Shown here: positions 12,401 to 25,667 of the stretch, piece after piece
Layout of the letters: the number at the start of each line of letters is the position of its first letter
Numbering within the stretch: the stretch's first letter is position 1
Assembly: GCF_036321535.1 (NCBI RefSeq)
Contig: NC_087437.1
Coordinates: 58,778,001-58,842,000 of the forward strand
DNA from: Camelus dromedarius
Taxonomy: Eukaryota
DNA length: 64,000 nucleotides
Direction of reading: 5' to 3'
Translations under genes and position numbers: made by a program
The notes under the pieces: generated by a model
What the model saw: only the letters and a program-made list of their open reading frames with translations
What the model was told of the DNA's origin: nothing
Databases searched by the model: none

Positions 12401-13229
12401 CCTTGAGTTCCCAGCCATGTCCCCTGGCAGAGCGGGCTGTTCCCATCAGGATTCAGGAGTCCCGGGGGGTTGAGAAACCTTGAATGATGTGAGCCGAGAG
12501 GCAGCACCATCAATTCCTGTCTAGACTAGATGTTTGCAATTCAGGTTCCCAAGATGAAAGGGGACATTATGAAGACAGGGCATAAATCGACCACGCCAAC
12601 AAGACCCACATTCACCTCGGATTATTTACACCTCTTTGCCTCCCTCTGCTCATTACCTGTCCCACTGCCATCCACTTTCAAGTTTTGACAGATTCACTTA
12701 ATACATCATCCCTCTAAGTAGCCAGGCACATGTATTTCCATTTTGCAGGGCCCCTCTCTCCAGGCCAGCTTAGCCCCTTCCAACTCCTGCAAAATTGTAC
12801 CTTTTCACTAGAGACCTTAAGGACACCATGAATGTTAAGTAAGGGTTCACGTTAGTCATAAGCGTGCAGTGAAACCTGGCTGGGGAGGGCACCAAGTGTA
12901 TACTACTAACTCAGCCTCCGCCGCACCCTTGGCCACATGCCCAGCACCTTTGTGCAGTGGTTACTCAAGGATGTGGGAAGCCTCCAGAGCAAGGGCACTG
13001 ACGCGGCCCTTTTCAGAACTGCCCAACCCCGTTCCTTGGCAACCAGAGTTCACCATCTGCCCAGGCACCCTAGGGGAGCATGCAGGGCAGTGAATTTCTG
13101 CCAGGGCAGATGGTTTGGGGCTTTGAGAACCAGCCGAGGGGTTCCACTCAATCCCAAGGAGTCAGCTCTACCTCTCCCGTGGTCTGCATTCCCAGCTGTC
13201 TGTGGGACATCTTTACTGGGATGACCTCT

Positions 13230-13710
13230 CAATGCTTTCGGCTTAAGACTATGAGCCTGGGTCAAGTCACTTTATCCTTTAAGGTCTTCACTTCCTCATT
13301 TTTATCATGAGAAGCTTGTACTGGGAGAGCCTTTCAGGTCCCTTCTAGCACGGTGCAATAGGAAAACAGCTTGTGTGGGCTTTGACATTGGAAATGTCCA
13401 TATCCTGGCTCCTGAACCTCTCCCACCCTCAGTTTCCTTGTCTGTAACAAAGAGGTAAATAATATCAAGTGGCCCATAGGTGTTATTATTCCTGGTCTAC
13501 AGCGATGCTGACTACAGCTAGCATTTACTGTCTGCTTCCTAGGAGCCAGGCTCTGTTCTGAGTGCTTAGCATACACTAACTCAGCTAATCTGTAAGAGAA
13601 TCTCTACAGACACCAAGGCTGAAAGGGGCTCCACCATCCCCAAGGCCACGCAGCTAACAGGTACTAGGTCTGGGATTGGAACCCAGCAGCCAGACCTTAA
13701 TGTTATTCTC
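13230..13710. mobile_element. Cluster of MIR fragments
   Basis: CTGGGTCAAGTCACTT, CCTCAGTTTCCTTGTCTGTAA, CCCAAGGCCACGCAGCTAA..GGATTGGAACCCAG. Confidence 0.7.
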
Positions 13711-14519
13711 TCTTCCAGGGGAACCTCATAAATGTCAGTTTCTTTTTCTTTTCCTTCCCTCTTTCCACTCTGCACAGTCTTTAACTTGGTGTTAATAGTA
13801 ATATCCATCTATTCTTCATGTTTCTACAACTCTCCTGCTCATTCTGCACCGTCCCCTGTGGTTCCTGCCATTCCTCCCACAGTTAGTAGTGTTCCAGGTA
13901 GTGGTAACTGCTTGTGCAAATGTCCTGTGGCAGGGGGCACGGAGGGAAGACTAAGAGCAAGAAGAGCGCAGTGGCTGCTTCAGGGCAGGCTGAGCTCCAT
14001 ACGCAAACTGTGGGTTTGGAGGACCACACAAAGGCATTTTTTTCTGTATGCTAAGAGAAATGGGAAACTTCTGAAGTATCTTATGCCAAGAAGTGGCATG
14101 ACCCAGGCTATATTTTTGAAATTCAATTTTCCTCCTACCAGAGAACTTTCCAAGAGCCATCAGTGCCTTCCTATGCCTCTGAGCCAAAGTTTCTCTGCCT
14201 CACTTTCCAGGCTTCTGTCCAGCATCCAGCAGCATCTAGTCGGGGCTTGTGTCTGGGTTGGGGGTAAAGTGAGGGCTTCCAGATGAGAGTGGGGTGTAGG
14301 CAGCCTGTAAGACCCTTTCATCCAGGGGAGTCCACAAGCCTGAACCCTTGTCTCCAACTCCTTTCACTCCTGATACGCATACTTCACCTCTTCTCCTCGA
14401 AGGTGGGGGGGCTCTTCACCCACTACCGCGAGTCTCCAGTTTCTTTCTTTCCAATTTACCTTTTGAAATACTTTCAAGTCTTTATGATAAGGTCTGTCCT
14501 CCATGTTTTTAGAGCTCCA

Positions 14520-14900
14520 TACATCCAAGCATCCAGTGCTAACAAAGAGGTTTCCTGAGCACCTACTAGAGCCCAGGAAGGACACAGAGCCCTACCCTCA
14601 AGCCGCTCACAGTCTAGTGCTGGGGGAGGCTATGTAGTGTCAGCACACAAACTGTTACAAGCAGGAGAGGAGGACACACAACGTGCTGGGAGATCAGGAG
14701 AGGAGTGCCCGACCCCACCTGGTCGGGGATAAAGGTCGGCACAGTTGGGTCACACTGCGGGTGACATTTGAGTCAGGCCCCGTGGGCAGATCTGAACACT
14801 AAGCATAGGAAGAAGGGTGCCCCAGAGGCAGACAGAGCAGAGCAAAGGCCAGGAGGCAGGGCAAGCACTGCTCAGCCCAGGGGGCTGTGTGTGATGGGGG
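14520..14900 (-). mobile_element. L2 fragment
   Basis: CTGAGCACCTACTAGAGCC, CCCTACCCTCAAGCCGCTCACAGTCTAG, GGTGACATTTGAG. Confidence 0.7.
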
Positions 14901-17159
14901 AGCAGGTACTGGCAGGGCTCCTGAGAGACAAGCCTGTGGGGATGGGACGGAGTCCTGCAGGGAGTGGTACCACTTTAGCTTGTTTTCTTCTTGCAGCTAA
15001 GCTTTTGTGCTCCTGCCAGGCGGGGTTGAGCCACTCCTCCTCCTCTTACAAACAGTCTCAGCACCTGGAACCGTGATCTGAACAGCACAGATGCTCAGAG
15101 ATGCTGAGAGAAGCTCCCGGGCTCTGCCTCCTGGGCCCTGCGGGAGGAGGAGGAAAGCGGTGGCTGGGCCCTAGGATGTCCATCCTCTCTCTCTGCCTTT
15201 CCTCAGGCCGTTTCCCCAACGTGGGGTTCTTTGCAGCTACCACTTCCAAATCTGTGCCCTCAAGTCCCAGCTCAAATGCTACCCTGCCCTCTGCCTTCTC
15301 AGGATCCCCAGCTAGAAAGAACTGCCTGCCTCCTCCTTGGAACGTGGGAGCTTCTTCAGAACTGTCCCCTGCCTCTCCCGCACCCCAAACACTCCCCTCC
15401 TACATATGATTTGTCCATGTGCTGACCATTCCTGCCCTTCAGGGTGAAAGGTGCTTGAGGCAGCTCGGTATCCCTTCCCCACAACACCCTCCAAGACCCT
15501 AATGCGACAATTGTCACGTGTTACTTGCACACGAAGGATGTGCTGCTGAAATAGTAGCTTTAAAAGGACGCCTGAGCCCTCCGCAAGCCCCAGGAGCTGG
15601 GAGCTGGGGTGGGGGTGGGGTGGAATCCTGGGTGGGGCCCGGGGCAGCCTCAGGTGTTCCCTGGAGCTGCACTTATCTGACTCCCTGCCTACTTGGCAGG
15701 CACCTGTCAAGCTGCCTGCCCTCCAGAAACGCCTGTGCCTTGATGGCTGAGTGCTGATAAGGTGGGCCAAGGAGTGCTCTGTTCACCTGCCCCTCAGACA
15801 GTCACACCCGGATTCTCTGTCCTGAGTCATCAGGAGGCTCCCTGCCACCTGTGTTTTGTTGACCTCTCCCCACGTGCATTAAAAAAGCAACAGGAGCCAA
15901 ATTCTCTCTCCAGCTGCCAGGGAGATGGGTGAACTCAGCGGGGCTGCAGGAGTGAGGCAAGTGCCTTCTCTGTAGGATTGGGGAGTGTAGGCTTTGTCCC
16001 TTCTGGGCAGAATCTCCTTGCTCCCAAAGGGATGACATATCCTGTGAAACCATCTCTCTCTGCTGATTTACCAACCCCTCAATTTTTCCTTCACGTCTTG
16101 AAATCAGGGCAAGTTATCAAATGACTTTATGAGGCATTTATTGCCCAGCTCTATGTGCTCAGTGATGTTTTTAAGTTTACAGGCATATTATGGCCCCAAC
16201 CTAGTGGGCAAGCCTCAAGTCCACGTGCATCGCGAAGGCCCTCTGCTCTGGGTGGGGCCAGTCCAGCCGCGTGGGGCTGCCATCGCTTCACTTGCTCTGC
16301 CTACACTTTCCCACCACCAGCCGGGTTTGGACTGGAGCCCTTCCCTTCTCCCGGAATCTCCTTCCACTCCCATTTTCTTCTTCATTTCTAGTTATCTTTT
16401 TAAGGACTCACTCTAGGATAGCCGTCATCAGGAGACCAGAAATGTCTCCCTGTCCCCTGATCCAGAATTCCTGCCCCCTCACCTCCTAGCTCTCATTGCA
16501 GATTTCTGTGCTTATAAAGCATCACCTGCTGTCTTCAGCCAATGCCCCCTCACTCACGTAGGACATGTCAGCACAAAGGAGAGACAGACAAATACCCAGA
16601 GGCCAAGAGCCCCAGGCTCTGATCCAGGCTGAACCTGGAGAAAGATGGGTGACCTTGGGCTCAGTGTCTTCCTCTTCAGCCTCTCATCCGGAGAACAGGG
16701 AACTTGGCTGGAGCAGGGCTCCCCGGACTGGCTCTGTCCAGCCCTGCCTCCGGGGGCACGTGTCCAAAATGCAGAGTGCTGGGTCCCCTCCCCAGACTCT
16801 CAGAGGGTACGGCCTGGAGTCTGTATTTTGAGAAAGCTTCCCAGGCAACTTGTATATAGCCCGCCTGGTGCCTGCCTTGGGACTGCTCCACAGGACCCTT
16901 AAAAGTGCTACAGCCCCGTGTCTTCTTGAATGATCTCTCCTCCTCCCCCACCTTCTCCTTCTTCTTCTTCCTCATCTTCTCCTTCCCCTTCTTCATCTGA
17001 TGCTCCAGGAATAAACTGCATCAAAAGCACCATCGTGAGAGATCTGGCGCTTGAATGGGAAGCCCTGGGTTGTGAGTCTGCTTTCAGGTCTCTCTAGGGG
17101 CTACAGGTTTTTGTATAAATTTCAGGTAGTTGAAAACACATCACCACCATCAACCCAGC

Positions 17160-17543
17160 TGTCTTAGTCAGCGCAGGCTGCCATAACAAAATACCACAGA
17201 CTGGCTGTCCTGAACAGCAGGCATTTATTTCTCACAGTTCTGGTGACCGGGAAGTCTGAGATCAAGATGTCAGCAGATTCAATTTCTGGTGAGGCCCCTC
17301 TTCCTGGCTTGCAGATGGCTGCCTTCTTGTTCTGCTCTCCCATGGGAGGGGGGTGGGGACAGAGCGATCTGGTGTCTTTTCCTCTTCTTACAAAGTCACC
17401 AGTCCCATCAGAGGAGGGACCCAGCCATATAACCTCATTTAGCCTTTATCACCTCCCCCCAGGCCTATCTCCAAATATAGGCAAACTGGAGGTTAAAGCT
17501 TTAACATACGGATTTCGGGGGACACAAACATTTACCCATAATA
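17160..17543 (-). mobile_element. MaLR solo LTR (MLT1A/MST-like)
   Basis: TGTCTTAGTC..GGCTGCCATAACAAAATACCACAGACTGG..TTTATTTCTCACAGTTCTGG..GGAAGTCTGAGATCAAGATG; ends GGGGACACAAACATT. Confidence 0.9.
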
Positions 17544-17878
17544 CCGTCTATACCTGATGCTCTAGAGAAAGACAGGCTGACCTAACAGGCAAATTTGTGT
17601 CTAAATAAATTCCATGACCTATTTTTCCTAACAAGTTCTTGAGACTGGATGCTGCTCCCTCTGTTGCATGGGTAATTCAACATTCACAGTTTAGGAAGAT
17701 CACTGCTCCCTCCTTTGTGGTGGTGTGGGCGCCATTTGGCATTTCCTGTGCTCTCCTGGAATGCTTCTGGACAAGCTTCAGGGTTCCAGCTGTCTGAATT
17801 GCACTAGTCTCACCCATTTCTTAAGCATGATTTCCAACTTTTCTGCCAATTCTGTGAACACCCCCCCCATTTCCTCTT

Positions 17879-17989
17879 TTTTTTTTTTTCTTAAGAAATT
17901 TTTTTCTTTAGTGGAGGTACTGGGACTTGAACCCAGAACCTCCTGCATGGTAAGCATGTGCTCTACCGCTGAGCTATACCACCCCTCCT
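17879..17989 (-). mobile_element. tRNA-derived SINE (camelid Vic-1-like), short form, inserted into an old MLT1-type LTR
   Basis: Reverse strand reads TATAGCTCAGCGGTAGAGCACATGCTTACCATGCAGGAGGTTCTGGGTTCAAGTCCCAGTACCTCCA plus an A tail (A and B boxes); TSD CCATTTCCTCTT at 17867-17878 and 17990-18001. Confidence 0.92.
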
Positions 17990-18084
17990 CCATTTCCTCT
18001 TAACAACAATGTCTTTTCTACCTAAGTCAGCTAACAGGGGCTTCTACTGCCTGAGACTGAGAATTTTGACTGATACATACATCA

Positions 18085-18290
18085 CATGAGGAACGACTGA
18101 AGGAGTTGTCAGTACTTGGTCCGAAGCAGAGATGTCTCAGGGAATTGCTGTTTATCTACAGATATCTGAAGGGCTGTCATGTGGAAGAGAAACAGGCTAC
18201 TCCTGCATGGCTTCAGAAGGCAAAACTAGATCAACAAAGACAGCTCTGGGGAGAAATATCCCAACTCAACACAAGGCAGCATCCGTCAGA
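18085..18290 (+). mobile_element. L3/CR1 LINE fragment
   Basis: AGATATCTGAAGGGCTGTCATGTGGAAGAG, translating to YRYLKGCHVEE, a typical L3 ORF2 C-terminal stretch. Confidence 0.75.
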
Positions 18291-18321
18291 GTTCTCAGTC
18301 GCAGGCAGTAGAAGCCCACGT

Positions 18322-19938
18322 TCTTTGTATATTCCAGGTACAAGTCACTTATCAGGTATCTGATTTGCAAAAATTTTCTCCCATTCTTTTGATTGTCTTC
18401 GCACTTTTTTGTTGGTGTCCTTTGAAGTACAGATGTTTTTAATGTTAATGAAATCCAACTTACCCATTTTTTCTTTTGTTGTGTGTGTTTTTGGTGTCAT
18501 ACCTAAGAAACCACTGCCTAATCCAAGCTCATGAAGAGTTACCCGTGTTTTCTTCTCAGAGATTTGCAGTTTTAAGTCTTTGTTTTACAGATTCAAGTGT
18601 TACAGATTCAAGTCTTTGATCCATTTTGAGTTAATTTTTTGTGTATGATATGACACATGGGTTCAACTTATCCATTTACATGTGTGTATCTAGTTGTCCT
18701 AGCACAACTTGTTGAAAATATTATTCTTTCCTTCTTGAATTGTTTTAGCATATGTGTCAAAAATCAATTGACCATAAGTGTGAAGGTTTATTTCTTGACT
18801 CTGAATTCTGTCCCATAGATCTGTGTCTATTCTTACACCAGTACCACACTGTCTTGATTACTGCAGTTTCTGTAGTAGGCTTTGAAATTGGAAAATGTGT
18901 GTCTTTCAGTGTTGCTTTTCTTTTTCAAGATCGCCTTGACTCTTCTGATTCTCTCAAATTTCCATGTGAATTTTAGAATCAGTTTATCAATTTCTGCAAA
19001 GAATCCAGCTAGAATTGTGATGGAGTGCACTGACTCTGTAGATCAGTTTGGGGAATACTGTCATCTTAAAAATATTAAGTCTTCTGATCCATAAACATGG
19101 GATTCCTTTCCATTTATTTAGATTGTAATTTCTTTCAACAAAGTTTTTTTTCTTTTATAATTTTCAAAGTATAAATTTTGCATTTCTTTTGTTAAATTTA
19201 TTCCTAAGTATCTTATCATTTTTTATATTATAAATTAAATTGTTTTAAAATTTTCATTTTGCTGAGCTCATGCATCAATTCTAATTTTGTAGTGAATTTA
19301 AAAAGTTATTTTCTCTATATAAAATCATATCATCTGCAAACAGAGATAGTTTTACTTCTTCATATCCAATCTCAATGCCTTTTATGTTGATTTTTTTTAT
19401 CTAATTGCCTTGGCTAGAACATCTAGTACAATGCTGAATAGAAGTGGCGAGAACGGATATCCTTGTCTTCCTGATCTTAGGGGGAAGCAGTCATTCTTTC
19501 AACATTAAGTGTGATGTTAGCTGTGAGTTTTTTTATAGGTACCTTTTATGAAGTTTAGGATGTGCACTTCTATTCCTACTTTGTTGAATGTTGGACCCTG
19601 AATGGGGGGTGTTGAGTTTTATTAAATGATTTTTCTGCATCTACTGAGATAATCATGTATTTTTTTGGTTTTTATTCTATGGAGATGATAGAGTACATTA
19701 ATCATTTTTTGGACTTTAAACAAAACTTGCATTCCTGGAATAAGTCTCCCTTAATCATGGCGTATAATCCTTTATCTATGTTGCTGGATTTGATCTGCTA
19801 GGATTTTATTGAGAGTTTCTGTGTCTGGATTCACAAGAGATATTGGTCTATGGTTTTCTTTTCTTGCAATGTCTTCGTCTGGTTTTGGTGTCAGAAGAAT
19901 ACTGTCCTCTTAGAGTTAGTTGGGAAGCATTTTCTCCT
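18322..19938 (-). mobile_element. L1 ORF2 remnant
   Basis: ORF 18833-19030 gives ILAGFFAEIDKLILKFTWKFERIRRVKAILKKKSN..FSNFKAYY, an L1 ORF2 segment; many other L1 motifs in reverse. Confidence 0.92.
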
Positions 19939-20378
19939 TGTGCTAGTTTTCCATTGCTAGCGAAACAAATCACCACCAGCTGTTGGCTTAAAACCACACA
20001 AAGTTACTCTCTCGCAGTTCTGGGAGCCAGAAGTCTGAAATCAAGGTGTCAACAGGGTTGGTTCCTTCTGGAAGCTCTGAGGGAAAATCCATTATATGAG
20101 CCTCTCCTGGCATCTGGCAATCCGTGGGGTTCCTTGGCTTGTAGATGGATCACTCCCATCCCTGTCTGTCTTCGCATGGCCTTCCCCTCTGTGTGTCCCT
20201 GTAGTTTCCCTCTTTCTACCTCCTTTAGAGACTACCCTAAATCCAGGATGAACTCGTTTCAAGATCTTTAATCTAATTGTTCCTGCAGAGACCCTATTTC
20301 CAAATAAAGCCATATCCCCCAGTATTGGGAATTAGTACTTGGACATTCTTTTGGGAGGCCACTAGTCACCTGTCCCAT
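19939..20378 (-). mobile_element. MaLR solo LTR (MLT1B/C/D-like)
   Basis: GGCTTAAAACCACACAAAG..CAGTTCTGGGAGCCAGAAGTCTGAAATCAAGGTGTC..CTGCAGAGACCCTATTTCCAAATAA. Confidence 0.88.
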
Positions 20379-22133
20379 GAACTGTCAATCCTTGCAAGGT
20401 CACTTACTCGCCCATCTGCTCACTCCTTCAATAGTTACCCCAAAGATCAGAGGAGGAAATGGGGATATAGTAATAAACTGGATAGAGTCCCTGCCTTGAA
20501 GAATAGAACTTTCTTGTAGGGCACTGGGGCATGAGTATAAAGAAGGAGATGGTGAGAATTATAAGACTTGGAAGCTGAAGGACTAATGGGAGAAGCCCAG
20601 GAGAGGGATGGCTTTCAAAGCAGAGGGTAACATGGTCAGCAAAGGCAGGTGCTGCAAAGCAGCAACAGGTCAGGGATCACTGTGAGTGCATTTGGCAGGA
20701 AGGGGACGATGTGTGTGGGAACGATGGGTGAGAAGACAGGAGAAGCAGCCACCCAGAGAACTCAGGCTCTGATCGTTGTCCTTCATCTCAGGACATGTGA
20801 GGGAGGGCTGAGGTATTCTGAATATGCAGGATCCTCTATTCATACCTTCAGTAGCCTCCAAAACTAGCCTGAAGGTGTATAACTTCAGGTAGAGATGACC
20901 TTGAGTGCATCCTGCAGCTAGAAGATGCAGGCTGACCATGAACCTCAGACCTTCACAGGGGAGGCCTCCATGGGTGACTGCCCAGAACCAGTCTAGCTCC
21001 CCAATCGAGACTCCTGCTGAAGCCAATTCTGAACGTCTTACTTCCTCACCTGACAAGAAAATCCCTGTAGCAAACCGGTTCCTGAGCTTCACTTCTTTCA
21101 TGCAAATTTTGCTACCAAATCTTATCACAACAAACAGCCCTGGGGCTGCTCCTTGGAGCTCCAGGAATGTGGACAGGGCGCATTGTCTCACTTGGAGGAG
21201 TCAGAGTGGTGGTGGTTGTGGTGGGGGAGTACTGTTGCTCTCAATCCCATGGCCAGGGTCCTGTCGAGGGGTCCATGAAGGAGGGTGGAGAACCCAGTGT
21301 GGGAAAGAGAATCACGCTGGTTAGGCCGTGGGGCTTTTGAGATTCCAAGACAAGGAGGTGTCACCCCACCCCACTGGACCTTATCCATGGCCTCTCCCCT
21401 CTAGAGAGCAAAGGCTGGGGGCAAAGAGGAAAACAGATTAACATTGTAAAAGCCTCCGGGTCTTCAGCCAAGGAACAGCAAGTCCCAAACAAATCTATGG
21501 GAGGCTGTTGAAGGGAAGCGTGTCGCAGAAGCGTAACAATAAACAGCCGTGCTGGGCCAGCCACGGAAGAGCAGGCTCAGGAGCCAATCTCCTGGGAGGA
21601 GCCCCCTCGGGTGGAACATTCAGACACACAGGAAGAGCACACACTGGTGGGGCCTTCCTCCCTGCAGCACCATCTGGGTAAAAAGGAGGTCAACATGTGC
21701 AGATTCGGAAGCACGAGGTTATGACACGGAATATGCAGGGACTTCCCTCTCCAAAACCACAGTCCCCTAGATTCAAAATGAACAGCATAATATCCACTCT
21801 CCTCCCCTACCCCCAGGTAGTGGCCCTTGTCTCATCGAATTCTGTCTGGGGCCCTCACTGAAATAGGCAGAGAGCACTGCTTCCCATTCTCCTGCTCCCA
21901 GGGACATCGGGGGAACGGTTCCCCAAAATCAGCTTGTGCTTTTCCCTTGGAAGAATTGAGGGCCACCGGGGACTAGAGCAAGGGGACTTAACTTCTAGCT
22001 CCAGCTCTGCCACTAACATACTTGGTGGCTTGGGCAATGTCAGTTAGCATCTCTAGACCCAAATTTTCTCTCCATAAAATAACCCAGGGATAGGTGATAT
22101 CTGTGCATTGCAGAGCTCCTTAGAGATCTAGGG

Positions 22134-22354
22134 CAGGGCTCCACAAGCTGCAGCCTCCTGGCCAAGCTTGTTTACAGCCTGTTTTTGTAAATAAAGTTTT
22201 ATTGGGACATGGCCACACCCATTCATTTGCAGACTGTTTGTGTCACCCTGAAGGGCAGAGTTGAGTAGTTGAGACAGACACCAACCGTGTGTGTGGCCCA
22301 CAAGCCTGAAATATTTACTATTCGACCCTTAACAGAACAAGTTTGCCAACCACT
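22134..22354. mobile_element. MER58A-like hAT MITE
   Basis: CCTGTTTTTGTAAATAAAGTTTTATTGG..GCAGAGTTGAGTAGTTG..AAGCCTGAAATATTTACTAT..AAGTTTGCCAACCACTG. Confidence 0.88.
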
Positions 22355-23451
22355 GCGTTAGACCGACAGTGTCACTTTACCAGCAAGGAAACTGAGGCAC
22401 AGACAGGGCAGGCAATTTGCCAAAACTCACAGAGGAAGTCAGGACAGAGGCCAGGACAGCCTAGCTCTCCTGATTCACATCAGCCAAAAGTTCTCACCTG
22501 GCCTGAAGCTCTCTGTCCGATGCTAAATACTGGGCAGAAGCTGTGTGGGGGGACAGAGGAGGTGGTTCCCAGGAAGGAAGCTCTGGTGAGCTCCGTGTAG
22601 TCAGTGCGATGTGGTCAGCATGGTGCTGCCACAGCCCGGGGCTGCCGAGCCCAAGAGCAGAGTCTGGGGCCCTCTTGAAAGGCAGCGGCATTTCAGGTGG
22701 GAGTCAGAGGAGAGCTGGCCTCTGGGGACATTTTCACCACAGGTCACAGATCTTGGTAAACTTTAGTTGGCTTTTGAACTCCAGGGAGACTTTTTTTTTC
22801 CTTGCCTCTTTCCTCACTGGCTACTTCCTCCTCCTAGCATTTATTAATCGGACTAGTTAACCATTGACCCCAAATGCAGCCTCCTCTTGTTTCAAGTCTC
22901 GTTCTCCCTGTTGGCTTCAGAAAAGAGCTCCCACTAAACAAACCGACTTTTCTTCTCTTTCTTTTCACGGCCAGAGTCAAGTGATAAAGGAGGTGGGGTC
23001 AGGGGTGCCATGTTTGCTACAAAAGACACACCCCAAAAACCTGGGGTCCGGGAGAGGAGGGGGCCCTTCCAATGCAGGCCAGCCAAGCTCAGAAAACAGC
23101 TCAGCGGGGGCAACATGCACAAGGCAAGAGCAATTTCATTTGATTAGTGTGGGGCACATTTTAGAGGAGAGATTTATAAAGCGTTAATGTATCTGATTTC
23201 TCTGTCATTGAACAAAGTATCCTATTTCCTGCTTGCAAGCACAATTGTTGTTTTGCTTTAATTTTCCCCAGTTAAAGGGGACTGGTTTAAGGAAGGAGAA
23301 CCATGACAATGGAGGAGGAAATAGAGACAGCTGCTGCTGGAGGGGAGCGAGAGGGGGTCTATGCCAATTTAAGGGAAGAGCCTGTGAACTGAAGGGCCTC
23401 AGAGCCTGGCATCCGCTCCGTTACCACATTCCTTTGAAATTTGGAATCCTC

Positions 23452-23578
23452 TAGAATGCCAGCTCCCTGAAGGCAGGGAGTTTATTTGTTCACTGCTGTG
23501 TTCCCAGCACCCAGAATAGTGACTGACATGAAGCAGGTGCTCGAATATTTGTTAAATGAATGAAGAATGAATGAATGA
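23452..23578 (+). mobile_element. L2 3' end
   Basis: TAGAATGCCAGCTCCCTGAAGGCAGGGA..TTGTTCACTGCTGTGTTCCCAGCACCCAGAA..GGTGCTCGAATATTTGTTAAATGAATGAA. Confidence 0.88.
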
Positions 23579-23879
23579 GAGGTTATGGTCTGGTCACTGG
23601 CCGCAGGCTTTCCACAGGTGATGGCCAGCTCCACAGTGGCTCATTCAGAGGCTGCTCCAGCTGGGACAGAAGCCACCATGGCAAACTTCACGAAGGACAA
23701 GGAGGCAGGCTCGCTCTCCTGAACCATTAAGATGAACCCCAGAGAAACAGCACCCCCCAGGGCCGTTTTTCCATCAAGTACCCAGTGACACCCAGACAGT
23801 GACCAGCACAGCCCTTTCATTGTGATTCGGCCTCTCACTGAAGGGAGCTGTTCATTTACAGACAGTCACAAAACGATTC

Positions 23880-24180
23880 GAATAACACCTTCTGGCCAGC
23901 AAGCAACTATTTTGTGCCAGGCATTTTTCATATATTTTCTCATTGAGTCTTCCCGATACCCTTGCCAGGTAGGTATTATTACCCCCATTTCGCAGATGAG
24001 AAAATGAGGTTAGTGAATTTGTCCGAGGTCACACGGCAGAGTCTAGGTCAGCTGTGGGCCTGTCAGACCCCAGATAACTGTGTTCCTCCCACCAATCACA
24101 CACTCAGCCCCTGACTAGCTCTATGACCCTGGGCAAGTCACTTCTTTCTGGGCCTCTGTGTCTGCGTCTCAAACCCAAGG
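23880..24180. mobile_element. MIR fragments
   Basis: GTAGGTATTATTACCCCCATTTCGCAGATGAGAAAATGAGG; TGACCCTGGGCAAGTCACTT. Confidence 0.8.
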
Positions 24181-25667
24181 AGCTGAGCAATAAATACTAC
24201 ATAGGAAAGTTTCCCACGTGTGGGTCTGTGAACAGGTGACGTCCTTCCTCAGAAGGCCACGACGTAATTTTGCTTTGGGAAGTTGAAATATCAGCACCCT
24301 TTATTGAGGGCAATTCAAAATGTTTCCTCCCCACTCAATTTGGGGACATGTGGGGCCACCCTGCTAAGTCCTGGCCCTGCTTCCTTTTCTACAGTGAAGA
24401 GGAGCCCCGTCCGGCTCCCAGGACCAGACTTGTTCCTCCGGTTGCAGGTCCTTACAATGATCACATCTTCTTCCCCATTTGCTCTGTGCAAGGGTGAGAG
24501 TAGGCAGGCCCCTCCCGGGGAGCTGGACACAGGGCAGCGCCTGGTGTGGGGCCCTGCTCTCTGTGAGCACTGGTCTTCAGGCACCTCCCGGGCACATGCA
24601 CACACGTTTGCTTCTGCAGCTGAGTTGATGAGGGGAGAGGACGGAGCTGGGATGGCTTCTGAAGGATATAAACCCTGGGGAACCAGCTGTGGGGCCAGGA
24701 GCCCTAATTCACTTGTTGCCCAACTGAGGAGATGGAGGAAGTTCAGATCCTTAGACTAGAAGGAATCTTAATGATAAGTACACTGTCTTCAAGCTTTTAT
24801 TAGCTGTTGAATCCAGTGTGTAAAACAAAAGCCCATCCTTCTGGTTAAATCCAGGGGAGTGGGGCCGACAGCTCTCTTCTCCAGTCTCCCCAACCTGCCC
24901 TGCTTTCAGGTGGACTCCAAGGGTCTCTATGGAGCACTGTTGGCAATGATTTTCATCTGACCACAATCTCCACATTTTTCACCCAGAATCCTATCAGGTG
25001 AGCCATTTACCAAGCTTGACCCACTGGCTGGTGGCAACCCTGTAGCTCACATTTGGGACTGAGCGCTGCATTGATAAGCCAGTGAGAGGGTTAGGAAAGG
25101 GTCAGAGGTTGTGCTGGTGGGACACTACAAACTGGATGTGGTTACCTGAGAGCCAGGCATCTCACCTGAGCCACCCTGAGAACAGGCCACACTGATAGCA
25201 AGGCCAGGAGCGATGTTCCTGCTCTGCTCTTCTCCAGGCCTTTGAACCTCCAAATCCATTCTCTTACCACCATCTCCCATTCTCCCAGTGCCTCACTCTT
25301 TGACCTGTGTTGCACCTGTTATGAAACTTCATTCAGATGTCCAAGTCTTTGGTTCCCCCATTTTCTCTAAGTCCATAGTTCTCTCCTAGTTCATTTCTTA
25401 TCCCATCCACCTGGCCCCCCAGGAGCCATCACTCCCATCGCTCTGAGCAATCTCTAACCGATGCCCCAGCCCCTTCACTCTCAGGTGCTGATGTGCATCC
25501 AGTGACTCAGGGTTCCACCCCTCCAACCCTGACCTCTCTCCTCAGTCTCTATCCTGTAAGCAGATGCTGAGAGGGACTGGCCAGGGTGTAAAAACAGCAA
25601 GCCCACGTTCTCCACATCCAAAGGGGGTGGTGTGTGTGTGTGGGGTGAATGGACCAATAACCAGGCA

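Noticed and set aside
17910..17985. tRNA-like sequences here and at 38398, 61390 and 62440
   Set aside because: They have A-rich tails or TSDs, G-rich 5' extensions and divergence typical of SINEs, so they are not tRNA genes.
18585..18613. Duplication of TTACAGATTCAAGT
   Set aside because: Small slippage duplication inside a dead L1, with no functional implication.
20670..21324. Overlapping 173-aa (minus) and 139-aa (plus) ORFs and an AG..GT segment at about 20792-20888
   Set aside because: No recognisable homology, weak donor, and partial overlap with L2-derived sequence; consistent with chance ORFs.
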